Notes under the pieces: model-generated
Told to the model about the DNA's origin: nothing
What the model saw: only the letters and a program-made list of their open reading frames with translations
Database searches by the model: none
In this document: piece by piece, positions 19,473 to 29,460 of the stretch
How the letters are laid out: every line of letters begins with the position of its first letter
Position numbering within the stretch: the stretch's first letter is position 1
Source: an uncultured Gammaproteobacteria bacterium
GTDB lineage: Bacteria > Patescibacteriota > Patescibacteriia > UBA2196
Length of the DNA stretch: 54,220 nt
Assembly: GCA_964435065.1 (NCBI GenBank)
Contig: CAYSXS010000005.1
Span: forward strand, 1 to 54,220
Direction: 5' to 3'
Position numbers and translations under genes: made by a program

Positions 19473-19745
19473 TTACCAGTTCCCTGCTATTTTGAAACTG
19501 TATCCTACTGAATTTTCAATTTCTTTTTTTGCCTCTTGTTCTAAGGTTATAAAGCGTTTTATCTTTTTTATATCTTGAACAGCCATCTGCCATTCAGTAT
19601 TTTTTAATTTAAATCCATTGCCGTCCGGTACATGTTGAGTTGATTGTTTTAAATTATTTCTCTTCTCCTTTAATTTTTGATTAAGCATAAAAGTTGATAG
19701 ATCACTGAAACCAGGTTCTGGGTTATTTGGGGTTGCATTTTTCAT
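19473..19745 (-). CDS. Small hypothetical protein (weak uL29-like pattern)
   Basis: GGAGG SD before ATG 19745; helical-hairpin-like sequence. Confidence 0.6.
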   Translation of the reverse strand: MKNATPNNPEPGFSDLSTFMLNQKLKEKRNNLKQSTQHVPDGNGFKLKNTEWQMAVQDIKKIKRFITLEQEAKKEIENSVGYSFKIAGNW

Positions 19746-19784
19746 GAATACGTCCTCCAATTATTAAAATTGTGTAATGTAATT

Positions 19785-19810
19785 AAAAAGACTGGCTACT
19801 TTAGCCAGTC
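19785..19810 (-). terminator. Intrinsic terminator in the 5' leader of the 19473-19745 gene
   Basis: Minus strand GACTGGCTA-AAG-TAGCCAGTC-TTTTT. Confidence 0.75.
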
Positions 19811-19859
19811 CTCAGTTTGATATTTGTATAGTTTTATGATATCGTATCTAAAAGACTGG

Positions 19860-19916
19860 CTATTGTTTTAAGCTCTTAATTAATAAATAAAATAGTTTAA
19901 AGTTTTGTCCAGTCAT
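19860..19916 (-). CDS. Putative leader peptide MTGQNFKLFYLLIKSLKQ
   Basis: Begins just after a TTGACA-17-TAATAT promoter (19955-19927); stop codon overlaps the antiterminator copy TAGCCAGTC. Confidence 0.45.
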   Translation of the reverse strand: MTGQNFKLFYLLIKSLKQ

Positions 19917-19975
19917 ATTGTAAATAATATTATCAAAGCTTAAAAAAGTTGTCAAATTAATATTTATCCACATAT

Positions 19976-20431
19976 ATGATATTAGATATATTAACTTATC
20001 CTAATGAGAATTTAAGAGAAAAGTCAGTTGAAATTTCAAGTGATGAGATTAGTAGTGCAGAATTTCAGCAGTTTATAGATTCTCTCTCAGAAACAATGCT
20101 TAAGGAAGATGGAGCCGGCTTAGCTGCACCTCAAGTAAGTGAACAAAAAAGAGTAGTTGTTGTAAATTTAGATGCATCTGGAAAACCACAGGAATTTATT
20201 AATCCTAAGATATTAAAGAAAAGTTTACGTAAAAGTATAATTGATGAGGGTTGTTTGTCTTTACCAGGAAAGTTTGGAAGAGTTAAAAGGCCAAAAAGGA
20301 TCAAAGTTAAATATATAGATCGTAATGGTAAATCACATAAAATTAAATGTGATGACTATTTATCTCGTGTATTACAACATGAAGTTGACCATCTAGACGG
20401 AATCTTATTTATCGATAAATTAGTTAAATGA
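19976..20431 (+). CDS. def: Peptide deformylase
   Basis: GAGLAAPQ, EGCLS, QHEVDHLDG. Confidence 0.97.
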   Translation: MILDILTYPNENLREKSVEISSDEISSAEFQQFIDSLSETMLKEDGAGLAAPQVSEQKRVVVVNLDASGKPQEFINPKILKKSLRKSIIDEGCLSLPGKFGRVKRPKRIKVKYIDRNGKSHKIKCDDYLSRVLQHEVDHLDGILFIDKLVK

Positions 20432-21351
20432 ATAAAGATAAAATAGAGATAGCTTTTTTTGGTACACCAGAATTTGCTGAAATAATATTAGAACGTCTTC
20501 TAAAAGAAGACGCTTTTAAAATTGTAGTAGTAGTTTGTGCCCCAGATAAACCAGTTGGCAGAAAACAAGTTCTTACTTCCCCATCTGTTAAAGTTTTAGC
20601 TGAAGAAAATAAGATAGAAGTTTTACAACCAGAAAAATTAAACAATGAATTTATTGAAAAATTAAAAAAATTTAATTTAGATTTAAATGTTGTAGCTGCA
20701 TATGGAAAGATAATGCCTTTAGAAGTTTTAGATGTACCTAGATATAAGTCAATAAATATTCATCCTTCTTTATTGCCTAAATATAGAGGACCATCACCTA
20801 TTCAAGCAGCTATATTAAATGGAGACAAAGAAACAGCTGTAACTATTATGTTAATGGATGAAAAAATGGATCATGGAGCAATTTTATCTCAGGAGAAGTA
20901 TGTATTAAAAGATATTCTAACTATTGGAGATATACATGATGAATTAGCTGAATTAAGTGGCAAAACTTTAATTAATGTTATTCCTAAATATATTTCTAAA
21001 GAAATACAACCAGAAGAACAAGATCACGAACAAGCTACGTTCTGTAAAATGATTACAAAAGAACAGGGAAAGATTGATTGGAATAAGTCTGCTAGAGATA
21101 TATATAACCAATGGAGAGCTTTTACTCCTTGGCCAGGGTTATTTATGGAATATAAAGGAAATATATTAAAGTTTATACAAATTGAATTAACAGACATTAA
21201 AGATAATTCAAATCTAGGAGAATTTGTTGTTAAAGATAAAAAGTTATATATCTCATGCAAAGATAATATATTATTGAAAATTAAAAAACTGCAACCACAA
21301 GGTAAAAAAGTTATGGATGCAGATTCTTTTATTAATGGGTATTTGACTTGA
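20428..21351 (+). CDS. fmt: Methionyl-tRNA formyltransferase
   Basis: FFGTPEFA, NIHPSLLPKYRGPSPIQ, MDHG. Confidence 0.97.
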   Translation: MNKDKIEIAFFGTPEFAEIILERLLKEDAFKIVVVVCAPDKPVGRKQVLTSPSVKVLAEENKIEVLQPEKLNNEFIEKLKKFNLDLNVVAAYGKIMPLEVLDVPRYKSINIHPSLLPKYRGPSPIQAAILNGDKETAVTIMLMDEKMDHGAILSQEKYVLKDILTIGDIHDELAELSGKTLINVIPKYISKEIQPEEQDHEQATFCKMITKEQGKIDWNKSARDIYNQWRAFTPWPGLFMEYKGNILKFIQIELTDIKDNSNLGEFVVKDKKLYISCKDNILLKIKKLQPQGKKVMDADSFINGYLT

Positions 21352-21425
21352 CAAATTATATAAAATAATATAATTTTAAACTAATAATTTGTTTAAAAAA
21401 TCATAACAACTATTGGAGGTAAGTG

Positions 21426-21542
21426 ATGAACAAAGAAAATATAAAAAAATACAAAGGTTTGTTCGGGATATTATTTATCATTTTTGTATTTAGCGGGTTT
21501 ATAGCGATAATAGTTATAAGTATTATGGAATATGGACGATAA
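21426..21542 (+). CDS. 38-aa single-pass membrane microprotein (not in ORF track)
   Basis: MNKENIKKYKGLFGILFIIFVFSGFIAIIVISIMEYGR; GGAGG SD, upstream TTGACA..TATAAT promoter, downstream terminator. Confidence 0.6.
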   Translation: MNKENIKKYKGLFGILFIIFVFSGFIAIIVISIMEYGR

Positions 21543-21581
21543 TTTGACAGAACAAATTTTTAAATATTACAGAATTGTTTC

Positions 21582-21613
21582 AAAAAAGCCATTTAAATTA
21601 AATGGCTTTTTTT
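21582..21613. terminator. Bidirectional terminator
   Basis: AAAAAAGCCATTTAA/TTAAATGGCTTTTTT. Confidence 0.8.
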
Positions 21614-23117
21614 ATTTCCTATGTTTTTTGGTCACATTAAAGCCAAGCCTGTATTTACCGCCTAACATTAAACGTGTTTGTGCATCAAAAGCAGGTATTG
21701 AACCAAATAAGATCATAGTAATTGGTAACATTATCCATTGAGCAACCATAATTATCCATTTATACTTTTTATGTGTATTTGGACGAGCTGGTAAGAAATA
21801 TATATTTACAAAAGCAGAAATAATAATACCAAACATGGCTAAACTCATTAACGTTTCTAAAACAAATGGTGTATTTTGAACAATAGCTATACTCTCACCT
21901 GTTGCAGCAGCAATAATTAATGGTAGTCTGCCTAAAATTAATATAAATAAAGGCCCTGTTGCCCAACTAAATTGTCCCTCAGATTGATTAAACATATATT
22001 TAATCTTTTTTCTCCAAGGGATTTTTTTGTTTTTACCAAATCTAGTTATCATCCATGGGAAATGTTCAACTGACCAAGCCCAACGTCTCATCTGTTTGTA
22101 TTGATATTTAGCAGTTTCTCTCATGTTTTCTCCCATAACCGTATCCATTGAAATTGGTACATACATTGGAATAACAGAATATTCGCCATCAAAATGGTCA
22201 AAACATTGTAAAAATATACGTGAATCCTCAGTTACAATATCTGTTTCCCAATAACCTACTTCAACTAAAGTCTTAAAACTCATTGAATGAGATGAAAATG
22301 TAAACATTCTATCTGGTCTTGCTTTTTCCATCATTAACCAAAAAGTTGTTGAGTTAGCTGTAACTCTGGCAAAAGAGGGAGCATCCCAGATGTTGTTGTT
22401 ATATAAAGTTAAAGGTTGGTAAGAATGTCTATGTGGGTTTTCTGCTGTCATCCATAAATATGTTAAACGAGAAAAATATTGAGAGTATGTCATTGTATCT
22501 GAATCAAAGTTAGATACAATAATGTTTTCATATGGAATATTTTCTGTATCAATAATTTCTTTTGTAGCTTTTTTCATTGCCCAAGTACAATTAGCCCCTT
22601 TACCAGCTAACTCCCCTGGTTCAACCATAGGATGTATATATCCTTCAAGTCTTTTAAATTTATACCCAAACTCTTGTTTTAATTTCTCAAAACCATCTAA
22701 AAATTCTTGTTCATATTCTTTACCTGCTCTTTCTCCACATTCTCTTGTAAAAATTACAGTTAATTTTTTTGTATCATAATCTATATTAGCTAATCCTTCC
22801 AAGGTTGTACGAAGAACTTTATAGCTTTCTCTATATGTAGCCATAACAATAAAGTGTTCATATTTTTCCCAATTTCCTAATGTTTTCACTTTATCAAACC
22901 AATTTGTTTTATTTGTTTCTCTATATTTCTTCAAAGAGATAAATAGATATGTTACAAAGTATGCAATTCTAATAAACCAGAATAGGTCATAGATGATTAT
23001 AAAATATATTACCCAAAGGGGTTTTATGAATGATAAGACAATAGCTAAAATAAAAGTCAGCCACAGAGTGGCTCCTGGAATTATTTCTAGTATCCTATAT
23101 TTTGTCTTGTATTTCAT
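21612..23117 (-). CDS. Membrane GT2-family glycosyltransferase
   Basis: GKGAN, DSD, TED, QMRRW motifs and multiple TMs. Confidence 0.88.
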   Translation of the reverse strand: MKYKTKYRILEIIPGATLWLTFILAIVLSFIKPLWVIYFIIIYDLFWFIRIAYFVTYLFISLKKYRETNKTNWFDKVKTLGNWEKYEHFIVMATYRESYKVLRTTLEGLANIDYDTKKLTVIFTRECGERAGKEYEQEFLDGFEKLKQEFGYKFKRLEGYIHPMVEPGELAGKGANCTWAMKKATKEIIDTENIPYENIIVSNFDSDTMTYSQYFSRLTYLWMTAENPHRHSYQPLTLYNNNIWDAPSFARVTANSTTFWLMMEKARPDRMFTFSSHSMSFKTLVEVGYWETDIVTEDSRIFLQCFDHFDGEYSVIPMYVPISMDTVMGENMRETAKYQYKQMRRWAWSVEHFPWMITRFGKNKKIPWRKKIKYMFNQSEGQFSWATGPLFILILGRLPLIIAAATGESIAIVQNTPFVLETLMSLAMFGIIISAFVNIYFLPARPNTHKKYKWIIMVAQWIMLPITMILFGSIPAFDAQTRLMLGGKYRLGFNVTKKHRK

Positions 23118-23119
23118 AA

Positions 23120-24178
23120 TTATTCAATTATTCCTCCACCAAGCACTATATATTCTTTTTTAAACAAACCCTTCTTTTCATAAAAAACAATAGCTTGGCC
23201 TGGGGCAACAGCTTTTTCAGGAGCTTTAAAGGTTATTTTTAATTTGTCTTTATCTTCCTGTATATATATTTTAACTAATTCTTGTAAATTTCTAATGCGC
23301 GCCAAACAGTTAAAAGGTAGTTTTGGCTTAGAGTTCACCCAATGTATGTTTTTAACATAAATTTCCTTAGAATACAACCCTTTGTCCTCAGAATCATTAG
23401 TAACAATCAAGGTATTATTTGTATAGTCTTTTTTAAGTACAAAATATGGTCCTGTACCACCAATTTTAATTCTTTGTCTTTGACCTATTGTATAATGGTA
23501 CAAACCATCGTGTTTACCTAATATATCCCCTTTTGAATTTATAATATCTCCTGGTTCAGCTTTGATATATTCACCTAAAAATTTTTGCATATTTTTTTCA
23601 CCAATATAGCAAATACCATAACTATCTTTTTTTTCACTAACTGGCAAATCAAATTGTTTAGCTAATTTTCTTGTTTTATCTTTTTTAAAGTTTCCTAAAG
23701 GAAACATAATATTCTTTAATTTATCTTCTGAGAGTTCATATAAAAAGAAAGATTGATCTTTAGATTTATCTTTTGCTTCTAATAGTTTATTTTCTTTAAT
23801 CTGAGCATAATGCCCAGTAGCTATTTGATCAAAACCTAATTTCTTAGCTTGATCCAAAAAAGATCCAAATTTAATATACTTATTACATAACGTATCTGGA
23901 TTAGGTGTTAAACCTTTTTTGTATGAATCAATAAAATATGTAAATATTTTTTCTTTGTATTCTTTACTAAAATCCCAAGTAAATATCTTAATACCTAATT
24001 TATCCGCTACTTTTTTTGCATCCCTATACTCATCTTCCCAAGTACATTTTTCTAAAGTAGAATCTTCTTTCCAGTTAATCATAAAAACACCGGTTACGTC
24101 GTAACCTTGTTTTTGTAATATTGCAGCAGTAACAGAAGAATCTACACCACCAGACATCGCAACTAGAATTTTTTTCAT
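23120..24178 (-). CDS. mnmA: tRNA 2-thiouridylase
   Basis: SGGVDS, PNPDTLCN, ATGHYA, KDQSFF, DSYGICY, PGQ. Confidence 0.96.
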   Translation of the reverse strand: MKKILVAMSGGVDSSVTAAILQKQGYDVTGVFMINWKEDSTLEKCTWEDEYRDAKKVADKLGIKIFTWDFSKEYKEKIFTYFIDSYKKGLTPNPDTLCNKYIKFGSFLDQAKKLGFDQIATGHYAQIKENKLLEAKDKSKDQSFFLYELSEDKLKNIMFPLGNFKKDKTRKLAKQFDLPVSEKKDSYGICYIGEKNMQKFLGEYIKAEPGDIINSKGDILGKHDGLYHYTIGQRQRIKIGGTGPYFVLKKDYTNNTLIVTNDSEDKGLYSKEIYVKNIHWVNSKPKLPFNCLARIRNLQELVKIYIQEDKDKLKITFKAPEKAVAPGQAIVFYEKKGLFKKEYIVLGGGIIE

Positions 24179-24963
24179 ATTAGAAACAACAAAAGAATAA
24201 TACCTAATATCATTCTGTAAATAACAAAAACTTTAAATCCTTTTGTTTTGATTAAGTGTAATAAAAATTTAATAGCAAATATGCCACTAATTAAACTGGC
24301 TAAAAATCCAAAAATCAAAGGCAATAAATCGGCTTGAAACATTCCTGTGTTTGCAGCTTCAATTGTTTTAAATGCTCCAGCTGCTAATATTAAAGGCAAA
24401 CCTAATAGAAAAGAAAAATTAACTGCTGTTTTTTTATCTAATTTACTAAACAGTCCAGCGGTTATTGTTATTCCAGATCTTGAGGTTCCTGGAAACAAAG
24501 CTAGGATTTGAACAAAACCAACATTTAAAGCTTGTTTAATTTTTACATTTTTAATATTTTCAATTTTCTCCCCTAGCCTATTTGAATATCTTTCAGATAA
24601 CCACAGAATAAAACCCCAAAAGATTAAATTAAAACCAACTAATTGAACTAATCTAAATTTGGTCTCTATTGCGTCATTTAAAAAATATCCAACAATTCCT
24701 GCTGGGATAATACCAATTAGGATATATAGCCATGTTTTGTTTTCTCCTTTAAATAATCCTATTAATATTTCTTTAATTTCTTTACGTAAAACAAAGATAA
24801 TAGCTAAAGCTGTAGCTAAATGTACAAGCACATCAAAGGCTAAGCCTTGATCGGGCCAATTAAATATGTTTGGTATTAAGATTAGATGTCCACTTGAAGA
24901 GATTGGTAAAAACTCTGTAATACCTTGGGCCATACCTAAAACAATTGATTGCAGAATACTCAT
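24175..24963 (-). CDS. uppP: Undecaprenyl-diphosphate phosphatase
   Basis: QGITEFLPISSSGH, PGTSRSG. Confidence 0.96.
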   Translation of the reverse strand: MSILQSIVLGMAQGITEFLPISSSGHLILIPNIFNWPDQGLAFDVLVHLATALAIIFVLRKEIKEILIGLFKGENKTWLYILIGIIPAGIVGYFLNDAIETKFRLVQLVGFNLIFWGFILWLSERYSNRLGEKIENIKNVKIKQALNVGFVQILALFPGTSRSGITITAGLFSKLDKKTAVNFSFLLGLPLILAAGAFKTIEAANTGMFQADLLPLIFGFLASLISGIFAIKFLLHLIKTKGFKVFVIYRMILGIILLLFLI

Positions 24964-25469
24964 GTATTTAAAATACTTTCAAGCCTTAATCTTTTAGTAA
25001 AGAAATTAGCAATAAAGAAAAGTAAGACTGAGACTAATAAATTTATTAATGTTTGTATAAGTATATCAACAAAAGAGAGATTATAGAAGATATCAAAATT
25101 CAAAACATTAAAAAGAATGTTTAAAAGCCACATAGTAAAATAGAAAAAGATAATAGCTATTAAGCTTAAAGTAATAAATGTACTTAAAGATTTATGGGTT
25201 AAAACTTTTTTACTTAAATGAGACAAGATTAAATATATTAAAGATAAGATTATTAAATAAAAACCAAAAGGAGTAATTGAAAATAGGTCTAATAACAAAC
25301 CTAAACCAAAAGTCCACAACAGGGCGGTATATTCATCAAAGAATAAAACTAAATATACAATAACTATTAACCAAATGTTAGTATAAATAGATATATGAGA
25401 AACAAAACCAAAAAGTATAAAAAAGAATAAAAGTAATAATATTAAATTTAAAACAGTTTTTTTAAACAT
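24960..25469 (-). CDS. mreD: Rod shape-determining protein MreD
   Basis: Hydrophobic, GLLLDLFS..FG; follows mreBC. Confidence 0.8.
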   Translation of the reverse strand: MFKKTVLNLILLLLFFFILFGFVSHISIYTNIWLIVIVYLVLFFDEYTALLWTFGLGLLLDLFSITPFGFYLIILSLIYLILSHLSKKVLTHKSLSTFITLSLIAIIFFYFTMWLLNILFNVLNFDIFYNLSFVDILIQTLINLLVSVLLFFIANFFTKRLRLESILNT

Positions 25470-25471
25470 AC

Positions 25472-26281
25472 TTAAGGTAATATAACATTAACTATTGAAA
25501 TATTTTTAGTATCAGCTGGTTGCCATATTTTAGCTGTTTTAAAAAGGTCTCTTTCATCCTCAGATATTTCAGACACTTCACCTAAAAGCAATCCAGAAGG
25601 TATTGTTTCTTCAACTCCTGATGTAAAAATTACATCCCCCACCTCTATACTCTTATTCTTAGGAATCATAGATAATTCTAAACCAATATCTAATTTACCT
25701 TTAAGAATTCCAACTATTGAATCATCAATATCTTGATTTAAAATTGTTGCATTAATTTCAGAATGAGAATCTGTTAGTAATAAAACATGAGAAATTGTAT
25801 CAAAAACATTTACTATTTTACCTACAACTAAGCCATCTTTAATTGTAACAACTAAGCCTTCTTTTAAATTATCTTTTGAACCACGATTTATGATTAATAA
25901 ATTATGATTCTGATTAATCCCCCTACTAATAACTTTAGCAGGAATAGATTCTATATTGTTTTCTTTTAAGAAGTCTAATTGGCTACTTAATATTTCATTT
26001 TGACTCAATATTTCTTGCAATTCTACAACCTTATTCTCTAACCTAATGATTTTCTCTTTTAAGTCTTCATTTTCTTTAGATAAGTTAGTAGAGTTACCAA
26101 CATTTTTTAAAGGACTTGAAACACTTTGTGTTGCTCTAGACGCCCAATTTAAAGGATAACTAAAACCCTTGGTAATTAAATTTTCCAAAGGTTTTAAAAT
26201 GCCAATGTAGTGAAATATTATCAATAAGACAATAACAAGAACTAAATAAAATATTTTACTTTTTGGGATTCTTTTTGCCAT
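25472..26281 (-). CDS. mreC: Rod shape-determining protein MreC
   Basis: TM plus coiled coil, INRGS, GLVVG, TSG..P.GL. Confidence 0.93.
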   Translation of the reverse strand: MAKRIPKSKIFYLVLVIVLLIIFHYIGILKPLENLITKGFSYPLNWASRATQSVSSPLKNVGNSTNLSKENEDLKEKIIRLENKVVELQEILSQNEILSSQLDFLKENNIESIPAKVISRGINQNHNLLIINRGSKDNLKEGLVVTIKDGLVVGKIVNVFDTISHVLLLTDSHSEINATILNQDIDDSIVGILKGKLDIGLELSMIPKNKSIEVGDVIFTSGVEETIPSGLLLGEVSEISEDERDLFKTAKIWQPADTKNISIVNVILP

Positions 26282-26289
26282 ATATATGT

Positions 26290-27330
26290 TTATTCATCAG
26301 TAGTTGGTACTAAAACTTCTGCCATGCCTTCCATGTCTTCTAAAATAATACCTGTACCACGTACAACAGCAGTTAAAGGATCATCTAATATTTGAGTAGG
26401 GATTTGAGTTTCTGAAAAAATTAAGTCCGTTATACCTCTAAATTGAGCTCCACCACCAGCCAAAACTATTCCTCTTTCATATATTTCAGATACTAATTCC
26501 GGAGGAGTTGTTTCAACAACTGTTTTAATATTATCTACAACAGTTTTAATTGATTTAGTTACAGCATCTTTAACATGAGCATCTGAAACCTTAACTAATC
26601 TTGGTAGTCCACTCATTACATCACGTCCACGTACTTCCATTTCTAAAGAATCTTCTAGATAAAAAACAGATCCTACTTTAATTTTAATATCCTCTGCTGT
26701 TGCTTCTCCGATATATAAGTTAAATTTATCTCTTACATACTGAACAATATCTGCATTAAATTCATCGCCAGCAATATTTAATGATTTACATGATACAACA
26801 CCACTTAAAGAAATTACAGCTATCTCTGTTGTTCCACCACCAATATCTACAACCATGTTTCCAATAGCTTCATTGATTGGTAAACGAGCACCTATGGCAG
26901 CGGCCATAGGTTCTTCAACTAAAAATATTTCTCTAGCACCAGCAGACAAAGCAGCATCTTCAACAGCCTTTTTTTCAACTTCTGTAATATTTAATGGAAT
27001 TGCAACAACAACTCTTGGTCTTGGAACAATACTGTATGATTCCTTGTGAACTTTATCAATAAAATACTTTAACATTTTTTCTGTTACTTCAAAGTCAGAA
27101 ATGATTCCATTAACTAAAGGTCTTGAAACAGCAATATGCCCAGGTGTTTTTCCAATCATTTTTTTGGCATCACCTCCTACTGCTAAAACCCTATCTGTTT
27201 TTGTGTTGATAGCTACAACAGATGGTTCATTAATTACTATCCCTTTTCCACGAACATAAACAAGGGTATTGGCTGTTCCCAGGTCAATACCTAAATCATG
27301 TGAAAATTTTGCGAATATTTTTTTGAGCAT
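26290..27330 (-). CDS. mreB: Rod shape-determining protein MreB
   Basis: GIDLGTANT, EPSVVA, DIGGGTTE, GGGA. Confidence 0.97.
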   Translation of the reverse strand: MLKKIFAKFSHDLGIDLGTANTLVYVRGKGIVINEPSVVAINTKTDRVLAVGGDAKKMIGKTPGHIAVSRPLVNGIISDFEVTEKMLKYFIDKVHKESYSIVPRPRVVVAIPLNITEVEKKAVEDAALSAGAREIFLVEEPMAAAIGARLPINEAIGNMVVDIGGGTTEIAVISLSGVVSCKSLNIAGDEFNADIVQYVRDKFNLYIGEATAEDIKIKVGSVFYLEDSLEMEVRGRDVMSGLPRLVKVSDAHVKDAVTKSIKTVVDNIKTVVETTPPELVSEIYERGIVLAGGGAQFRGITDLIFSETQIPTQILDDPLTAVVRGTGIILEDMEGMAEVLVPTTDE

Positions 27331-27403
27331 TTTATTTGAAGAATATTAAATATATCAGCCTTATCTTAACACCTAAATCCTTTTTTGTCTACTTGCCTAA
27401 AAA

Positions 27404-27435
27404 CACAAAAACACCTGATTTTAGGTGTTTTTGTG
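27404..27435. repeat. Palindromic hairpin, copy 1 (terminator-like)
   Basis: CACAAAAACACCT-GATTTT-AGGTGTTTTTGTG; near-identical to 28205-28238. Confidence 0.75.
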
Positions 27436-27450
27436 GTGTTTAAATATAAA

Positions 27451-27777
27451 TTAAATTTTTATTTCTATTCCATGATTTTGAATTTCTTTAGTAAGCATTG
27501 ATGGTTGTTTATAATCTTTTAGATTAAAACCAATTGGTTCAATATTTGGAATAGTATTGTCTTTTCTTTTAATAAATAAATATTGCATATCATCCACAAA
27601 ATCTTTAAATTTAGGTGACACAATACACAGATCAATGTCACTATATTTATTAGAGGTTCCTTTGGCGTACGAACCAAAAAGAACCACTTTATTTATTGGT
27701 AGTTTATCTTTTTTAAGTTCGTTTACATAACTTAAAATTTTGTTTTCTATTACTTTTGATATTCTTTTTTTAGCCAT
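27451..27777 (-). CDS. Minimal nucleotidyltransferase (MNT) of a HEPN/MNT pair
   Basis: LFGSYAKG..SDIDL. Confidence 0.9.
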   Translation of the reverse strand: MAKKRISKVIENKILSYVNELKKDKLPINKVVLFGSYAKGTSNKYSDIDLCIVSPKFKDFVDDMQYLFIKRKDNTIPNIEPIGFNLKDYKQPSMLTKEIQNHGIEIKI

Positions 27778-28148
27778 AAAAATAATTGTTTTGAAACATC
27801 TAGATATTGTTTAGTATAATTTTTTGTACATTTTTTATAGAAATCATGTTTAACATCTGAATATCTGCCAGCTATATTAAAAGTAGTTAAAATACCAAGT
27901 TGATCGTTTTGTTCCTCAGATATTTTAACTTTCGCAATTTTTGCTAAAGTTTTTAAATCATGAATATAAGGCGGGTTATCCTGAGTTTGTTTTGTTATTA
28001 ATCCTTTCAATAATTTTTCTATTGATAAATGACAGAAAAACAAACAAGCATCGTAGTGTTTATTTTTATATAAACTTAAACTAACCTTCCAAGTACGAAG
28101 AGCAGATTGTTTCCAGTATTCGATTTGTTTTTGATTTATTTTACTCAT
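27750..28148 (-). CDS. HEPN-domain protein
   Basis: CLFFCHLSIEKLLKG, PPYIHDL, GRY; overlaps the MNT gene. Confidence 0.9.
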   Translation of the reverse strand: MSKINQKQIEYWKQSALRTWKVSLSLYKNKHYDACLFFCHLSIEKLLKGLITKQTQDNPPYIHDLKTLAKIAKVKISEEQNDQLGILTTFNIAGRYSDVKHDFYKKCTKNYTKQYLDVSKQLFLWLKKEYQK

Positions 28149-28204
28149 CTAGTTAAATAGTATCACATAAAAAGCAAAAAAACAAGTAACTAAATTTATT
28201 TTAA

Positions 28205-28238
28205 ACTCAAAAACACCTAAAATTAGGTGTTTTTGAGT
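28205..28238. repeat. Palindromic hairpin, copy 2 (terminator-like)
   Basis: ACTCAAAAACACCTAA-AA-TTAGGTGTTTTTGAGT. Confidence 0.75.
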
Positions 28239-28257
28239 ATTTAAATTAAATAATATT

Positions 28258-29460
28258 TTAAGCTTTTTTGAATGCAAACTGTTTAAAAGGCTGTCTTTTA
28301 ACTTTATCCTTAACAGTTATACTACCCATATATACTTTATCAATTCTATCTACAATATCATTCCAATTGTAATATACTTTTACAAATTCACGTGCTTTCT
28401 TACCAACTTGTTTAACAATCTTTGGGTCATTTAAAAGAATTCTTAATTTATCAGTTAAATCAGGAATACTTTTGTTTTTAAAACTAAACCCAACTGAACC
28501 TAAATTAGAATCACCGTTAACTAATTCCAAGTTTTCTACAATATCTGAAACTAATGTAGTATTTGCATAACTCATTGCTTCTAATAGTGCAATTGATAAA
28601 CCCTCTGCCATTGATGGTGATACATAAACATATGCATTAGATAAAATTTGTTCTAATGTTTCACCTCTTTGAGGGCCAGTAAAGACAATGTCTTTATTAC
28701 CATTAACCATTTTCTTTAAGAACTTAGCATATGAGTCAGTAAATGAAGCATCGCCAACTATTACAAGTTTGTAATCTTTGTATTTCTTATCCTTTTTTAA
28801 TTCTTTAAAAGCTTGAATTAAATAATGGATACCCTTATGGCGAACTAATCTAGAAATAGCTAAGATATATTTATCTTTCTTTAAATCAAATTTCTTAATT
28901 AATTCATCATTAGTATTAATCTTTTCAGTAAATACTCCATTTGGAATAAGTTTAATACTACGGTTATATAAAGATAAAAATCTTTTTTGTAATTCTTTAG
29001 AAACAGTTATTACATCATGAGCTGCTTTAGCAGACATCCACGCACCAAATTTTAAACTTGTACGTGCAAACCAACTCCATTTTTGATGATTCCAATCATC
29101 ACTATGAGCAGTTGAAATAACTTTAATCCTTGGAGATATAATTCTAGGTAACCAAGACCAAAAAGAAGGACCAACACCATGAATATGGATAATATCCATT
29201 TTGTTCCTCACAGCGTGAAGAATAGAAAAAAGTGAATGAGATAAAGCATCCAAATGTTTAGTATGAATAGATTTAATACTAATTAAACTAACATTTTCAT
29301 ACTTTTTGTATTCTGCTGGAGTATAATGAGGACGAGTATATAAAAATACCTTATGGCCTTTATTAGCCATACGTACAGATAACTCTTCTACGTGAGTTTC
29401 AATACCACCACCAGATGGATTTAAAACCCCTTTTTGTCCGATATAAGCGATTTTTAACAT
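28258..29460 (-). CDS. GT4-family glycosyltransferase
   Basis: GGIETHVEEL, RLVRHKG, EGLSIALLEAMS. Confidence 0.92.
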   Translation of the reverse strand: MLKIAYIGQKGVLNPSGGGIETHVEELSVRMANKGHKVFLYTRPHYTPAEYKKYENVSLISIKSIHTKHLDALSHSLFSILHAVRNKMDIIHIHGVGPSFWSWLPRIISPRIKVISTAHSDDWNHQKWSWFARTSLKFGAWMSAKAAHDVITVSKELQKRFLSLYNRSIKLIPNGVFTEKINTNDELIKKFDLKKDKYILAISRLVRHKGIHYLIQAFKELKKDKKYKDYKLVIVGDASFTDSYAKFLKKMVNGNKDIVFTGPQRGETLEQILSNAYVYVSPSMAEGLSIALLEAMSYANTTLVSDIVENLELVNGDSNLGSVGFSFKNKSIPDLTDKLRILLNDPKIVKQVGKKAREFVKVYYNWNDIVDRIDKVYMGSITVKDKVKRQPFKQFAFKKA

